From Laetmonice hystrix (taxonomy: Eukaryota), in contig OZ249445.1 of assembly GCA_965235115.1 (NCBI GenBank), forward strand, positions 4,216,001 to 4,280,000: a stretch of DNA of 64,000 nt, in the 5' to 3' direction. The translations under genes and the position numbers were made by a program. Shown here piece after piece: positions 58,123 through 64,000 of this stretch. Below the pieces are notes generated by a model. It saw only the letters and a program-made list of their open reading frames with translations, searched no databases and was not told the origin of the DNA. How positions within the stretch are numbered: position 1 is the stretch's first letter; the number at the start of each line of letters is the position of its first letter.

Positions 58123-60034
58123 CCATACTCAGTGCCATCTAGCGGGTATTATGGAACTAATCACGATTCATCGGCAGCGGTGAAACTTCGCTTCGGTTAG
58201 GCACTTCAAACGTTCATAGCGACGAACGAAATAATGCTTATCCCGTGTCAAGAGGGAGTTAATAAGTCAAAGGTTGAAATCATGATTGGATTTCCTTCAG
58301 ATTCTAAGTGAATTATCAAAGGAATCGTGTCGAACGTGTGTAGTTAATGTAAAATCATTTCAGCTTTCAATGTTTCATAAAAGTGCCGCCAGTACGCGCT
58401 GGTGTATATTGACCGTTCCGAGAATGGGTGGCACGGTGCATGTGGTTGGGGCCTCCCAAAACGACCACTCCAGGCAGAGTACAGCAAGTTGGTAACTGTA
58501 CCGCTTTGTCTTATGTAGGCCTATGTGTTTGACGTCACAATATTATAGTTCCATATTATATTAAAACAGTACTTACTATTGTGTTCTTATGCCCCCCTAT
58601 AACTTAAACAACTGCCAAGTGATATCACTGGAAATGCGCCGTTCCAAGTGTTTATTTGGCGTTTCTTAATTGTTCTGAAAACGCGAAAATCGCGAAATTA
58701 AAACACACGCGAGAAATACCTGATTTACAGTATATGGAATCATGACTAGGCCTGGCCTACTCTACCGTTGAAATACCGGAAATTTGGATTGTAGCTCTAG
58801 TATACGGACATAGAGAAATCACTAAATTTAGTTATAAATACAAGGCAATGTTAACAGGCCAGTGCTTTGTTAATTGGTTATTCATAAGTTTCTATATATT
58901 TCTTTAACAGACACAGATGAGGAGTGTGGTGTTTTGATAGGCACGGACTAGGCCCTATAGCCTATCACCTAGCGCTCATTGGTGGAGTTAAACAGGATGT
59001 TGATTTTGCGGCTGCTGTTATGGTCAAGACAAGTGGTCTGCTAAAAAAACGGCAGTAAAACAGTATTATAACGGTTATGTTTTTCTCCACCATTTATACG
59101 TTTTAATACCGTACTGAGAACACAGATAAAGTTCTGTATCCGTCTGAGAATGAACCAGCCCCACACCTGGGTGGCGAGTCTGACACTCGCCTACTCATGG
59201 CCTGGGCCTCATCCGTATACGAGCAGTCGTCTGCATGGTGTTTTGTTAGTCATGGACTTGTCGCCTTGTCTCAGAACAAACTCGCCAGTTTTGCAAGTCC
59301 CGGCACCCTGATCTTTTCGGGTAAAAAAAAATGTTGTCTGAATTCAAATCAGACTAAGAGACCGTCCGTCGGCGAGTCTCAGTTAAGCCTAAGGACCCGT
59401 TCACTTTAAATTACAGGGGACCTGGTAGCAATATTACAGGCATGAACTATGATGAAGTCATAATCTTATAGGCTTGTGAGTCATACATACAGGGCTGTCA
59501 AGATAGGAGAAATAAAATGCGTGTGATAAGGCTGAACGTCTGGGTGTTACCCACGCCCCCGGCGGGGTCTAGCGACAGAGCCCCCAGCGGGGTCGGGTGG
59601 CGAAGCCATAGTTATAACATGGTAATTATAATTTTCATGACTCGACCAGCATGAATGTTTGTCTTGAGGGAATGTTCATCTGAAGTTAGCCCTGTCAACT
59701 AAAGAACATAAATTTGTACCTTCTTAAGTGATATAATTTCACCATATTTCGAGTCAGTAGGTAAACCCTTCCTGCCTGAGACTGGCCTACACCTTGGCAA
59801 ATTAGCCTAATTAAGACAGCAGTCTTGGCGGTCATGGACATAGCTTTCCCAAGAATGAGAAATTTAAGCTTCTCACGATCTACTCCTTCACCAAGTGATA
59901 CAATGAATGTCCCAATACACCAATGGCAGACTGATTTTGTTACATTGTAATACCTCTCCCTGGGTACCGGTTGTCTTGGGGCGAGACAAATGGATAAGGT
60001 TTTACAGGGAGGTGGCCATGTGTGAGGCTCTCTG

Positions 60035-60162
60035 CCAATCAAATCCAGAAGCCCCGCCCCTTTTCTTCTTCAACCAATTAGCGGAGCCCTACGTTCCTGC
60101 GCTATGAATATTCACGAGCGCGTCTCCCAACTTGTTCCATGAAAGCGCATGCGCTGAGATAA
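60035..60162 (+). promoter_or_regulatory. Proximal promoter of the RBM47-family gene
   Basis: CCAAT at 60035 and 60074, GC box CCCCGCCCC at 60052, NRF1-type palindrome GCGCATGCGC at 60145-60154, AGATAA at 60157. Confidence 0.55.
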
Positions 60163-60294
60163 GAGCGATGGTTATGATATGCAAGTTCCAAAGTTCAGTT
60201 GATCACACGAACTGTGTGGTGTAAGGTAACCATGACCATCGGAGACTTACCTGCGTTCTGGAGGCGGACGGACGTGTACAGCAATAATAACAGA

Positions 60295-63200
60295 ATGGCA
60301 GCGGAGAAACCCACGGCGGCTCTCCCTCACGGTGTCGCAGGTGCGCCCAATGAAGCGGCCCTACTTCAGCTGATGGAGCGTACAAACTACGGGATGATCC
60401 AGGAAAATGGACAACGTAAGTACGGAGGTCCGCCACCTGAATGGGAGGGGCCGGCTCCTCTGAGAGGATGCGAAGTATTTGTTGGGAAAATTCCACGAGA
60501 TTGTTATGAAGATGAACTTGTACCGGCGTTCGAGAAGATCGGAACGATCTATGAACTGCGCTTGATGATGGATTTTAGCGGATCCAATCGCGGGTATTGT
60601 TTTGTGATGTATACAAATCGCGACGACGCACGTCGTGCCGTCAAAGAATTGAACAATTTTGAAATACGGAAGGGAAGATTTCTCGGCGTGTGCCTATCAG
60701 TAGACAATTGTCGGCTCTTTGTCGGAGGAATTCCAAAGAACAAGCAGAGAGAGGAAATTCTGTCTGAGATGACCAAGGTGACGGAGGGTGTTGTCGATGT
60801 CATTGTGTACCCCAGCGCTACGGATAAAACGAAAAACAGAGGATTTGCGTTTGTGGAATACGAGTCGCACCGGGCTGCTGCCATGGCGCGCCGAAAGCTC
60901 ATTCCAGGAAGGATCCAACTTTGGGGTCACCCAATCGCAGTGGACTGGGCCGAGCCTGAACAAGAAGTAGACGAAGAGGTGATGTCCAAGGTAGGGCTAC
61001 GTTTCGCTTTTTGCCCCCCCCCCCCCCCCCTTTCGCAAAAAAAAACCTCGAGACAATTGAAAGCTCGAGAGTGTTTTATGAGTGGCGATCACCGTTTCGT
61101 TAAACTTAAAGGGGCGTGGCCAGCTTTCTTGGCCATTTAATTTGGGGGACCTTTAACAAGCTTACTCGGTCTGCATGTGCGTCTCATATTGTCATAATTC
61201 AATCAGATAACCGTGGGGAAACAAGCCTACAAGGACAACCCTCTGAATGTCGGTTTTAGGTATGCGTAGGCCTAACGTTAGACCTACGTAGGCCTAAATA
61301 AAAGTTGGAAACTGATTTAACGTGTGTCTTGTCTTACTCTCTGTCTTAGTCTTAGACCTCGGTGACTGTGCATCTTACCCGAACCGATTTTTATTTTAGT
61401 CGTCAACGTTATGGTTAAGTTAGGGCTAAACTTAAACAGTTAAAGTTAAAAAAGTAGCTAGATCTAGCCTAATAGCCTACTCGAGATACTCTCCTGTTGC
61501 GGGGGCCTGATTGGACCGCCTGATTAATAAACCAAGGTAAAATTTAAGCACAAAACGTTAGGCTTCCTACTAAAAACCAGAAGTATTTTAGGAAGGCAAA
61601 ATTAAATGCAAAATGGCAACTTCAGAATGACTGGGGGAAATATTTCACATGATTCTGAACTTTTTATTTCCTTTAATGTAAAAACGAAGACTTCTTTGCC
61701 TTTTGCGTGACCTACAATACATCTACTTAAACTATCTGACAATCCTTAGTGAACATAGTTGTTTGCATAAGGGAGACACGATAATTTCCATGGCGACCGT
61801 GTCGGGTTGGCCCACACAGCACAGTGTGGATGTTTGAACAAGACCGCTCCGGGGGGGGGGGGGGGGGGGACGCGGCCGGCGGAGTCAGGTGGCCCAGGGA
61901 GCCTGGCTGCAATGTTGGGCGGTGGGAGAAGTGACGGCAGCTCTGCCTACACAAGGCCCGAGCCGGCTGGACAGCCACTACACTCTGACAACACCGATTG
62001 CAACAAGTGACGGCGACACGTGTGGCTTGTCTGGCCAGGCCGAGTGGTGGGAATCGCCGGGGCTGGGAGAGGGCTCAGGCTGGGGTGGGTGGGGGTTGGG
62101 GGTGGCAGTGTTTTTAGGAGACTCGGGGAGTTCACCTGTTGAGTTGGCGTGAGAAACACTCCGACTTGCCACTCAACTTTTTAAGGCTAGCAGATTATGC
62201 AACAGGAGGGGAACCCCAGGAGAAGGCACCTACCCTACAACCGCATCTCATCCTCCTCCCTACTGAAGCAACCGGGCAGTTAGTCCCCAGGGGCCCTGGC
62301 TTCTCACGGGGTTAATTGTAGCAATGTTCAAAAAGTGGTAACAAGGCTTAAAAACAAGCAGTAGTTTTTGCAATGAAGGCCTACAGTTTCCAATTAAATA
62401 GCTGATGACATGGGTGGATCCAGGGATTCTTTTTTTTTAGAGGGGGGGGGGCATATTTAGGCCTAGGCCTAAAACACAAGATAAATATTTTCATAATTGG
62501 ATGAAAAAGAAAGTAGGATGGTTAATCATGGGCTAGAATTTAGGGGGGGGGGGGGGGGGGGTAGATCAGTAGATCTACATGTATACAGCACCAGGGATCA
62601 TGAGTATATTCTGAGGCAATGTCTATTGATACTTGGTAAGTTTATGAAAATGTGAGGTGTTGGGTTTCTGACAATCATCCACCAGCTGCACCTATATACT
62701 TATATATACAGTAATTGGATATAAAAATATGTTTTTCAATTTGCATTCAATACTGTGTGGGTCAGCAGTTTTTCATGAAACCGTTCTTGATCCATAGGTC
62801 AAAATCCTCTATGTAAGAAACCTGATGTTATCAACATCAGAGGAAGCTATCCGGGAGGCCTTCACCAAAGCTGTGGGCAAGGAGAACTGTGTTGAACGTG
62901 TGAAGAAGATACGAGACTATGCCTTCGTTCACTTCCGAGAGAGAGAGCATGCAATTCAAGCAATGCACGGCCTTGATGGTGAGTCTGACACAGGGTTGGC
63001 AAAAACCCGGGTTTTCATATATTCATAATATTTTCATTCAAAAAGTGTACTAAATCAACACACTGGAACCCGTGAGTCTGGTGTGATTGTATCTTTGTAT
63101 AGAGTAGATAATTCCTGTCCTATACTCCAGACGGTCTGGAAACTCATGACTACACTGAATCAATACACTGGAATCAGTGAACCGGTATTTAAAGAGAGGG

Positions 63201-63807
63201 GTGCACCAGTGCCTTCCAGCTCCTCTGTGTATATACTGACTGCCTTGTCTAAACTTTACATGGCAGACGCCCAGTCAGTGTGTATGGGTACTTGACTGCA
63301 TAGCTATTCAGATACTGACCTATCAGTATGAAGCATAGAGACCATGTTTGGCAAATTTTTGCCATTTTTTGAGAATTGTAAATATGATTTTGTTCTTATT
63401 GCCCAGTATTGCCCACTTGGCTGATTTTAGGGATATTGCCTAGGGCATTATTATCTGACGGGTATTGCCCGGCCCACCCTAGTTTAACAAGGTTTGAGTA
63501 ATTTAGTATTCCGCCATCCAGGTACTAAATGTAATGAATTGGATGAGCCTATAATCTAAGGATTCCTCAGTGGGCCCTCAGTTAATCAAGTTTTCCCCTT
63601 TGTTAAACTGTGTTATCACCTAGAGTATAGACACAATATGCTGGACAAGAGTGTGTTCAAAGTTAGGGCCTATTTGAATGTTGCCTCCAACTTGCAGGTT
63701 CAATATTGGATGGGTCTCAAATCGAGGTGTGTTTAGCAAAGCCTGTTGACAAGAATGACTATGTGCGCTTCACACGGGGCACTGCAGGCAGAGGTCCTTT
63801 CGCTGGA
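60295..63807 (+). CDS. RBM47: A1CF/RBM46/RBM47-family three-RRM RNA-binding protein, 5' part; exons 60295(or 60232)..60990, 62798..62978, 63698..about 63807; continues beyond the window
   Basis: [103 protein letters not shown]. These match the A1CF/RBM46/47 branch rather than hnRNP R/Q. Which vertebrate paralog is the ortholog cannot be decided, and the last donor is uncertain. Confidence 0.92.
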
Positions 63808-64000
63808 GTACGTATGACTGATGGTCTTCTCAACGCTGACTTAAAAACAGGAGAAGTACTTGTGGAAGTGTGTATTACATTTATTATCAGTTTCGCCTAC
63901 ATGCATGCTGCAAGCTGTCTGGGTCGTGGTAGATGTGCTAGTGCTGGTGTACATGTATAGTCACAGGTTCATAGTCACTAATGGTTGGGGTGTAGGCTTT

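Overview
Eukaryotic genomic DNA with GT-AG introns, most likely from a non-vertebrate bilaterian (inferred from gene content; the taxon cannot be determined). From left to right the window holds: (1) a collagen-repeat, single-pass membrane protein gene (+, about 1.6-3.8 kb); (2) a Kv3/Shaw-type voltage-gated K+ channel (+, 8361-12909, 4 coding exons, about 637 aa), preceded by a 13x64-bp minisatellite and followed by a decayed Tc1 transposon; (3) an 8x91-bp tandem array with one CTCF-consensus match per unit; (4) three SRSF3/SRSF7-family SR-protein paralogs: SRSF7-like (-), an atypical RS-RRM-Zn-knuckle-RS paralog (+) and SRSF3-like (-); (5) the 5' part of an A1CF/RBM46/RBM47-family gene (+) running off the right edge. 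Many MITE-type elements (PIF/Harbinger-like with TAA TSD, piggyBac-like with TTAA) are scattered throughout. The most notable observation is that all three SR paralogs have, in the homologous intron after the RRM(/Zn-knuckle) exons, a candidate cassette exon. Each one introduces a premature stop and also carries an ATG in frame with the downstream RS exons, resembling the poison-exon/Split-ORF autoregulation known for mammalian SRSF7. All exon models were read by eye from splice signals and reading frame, with no transcript evidence.
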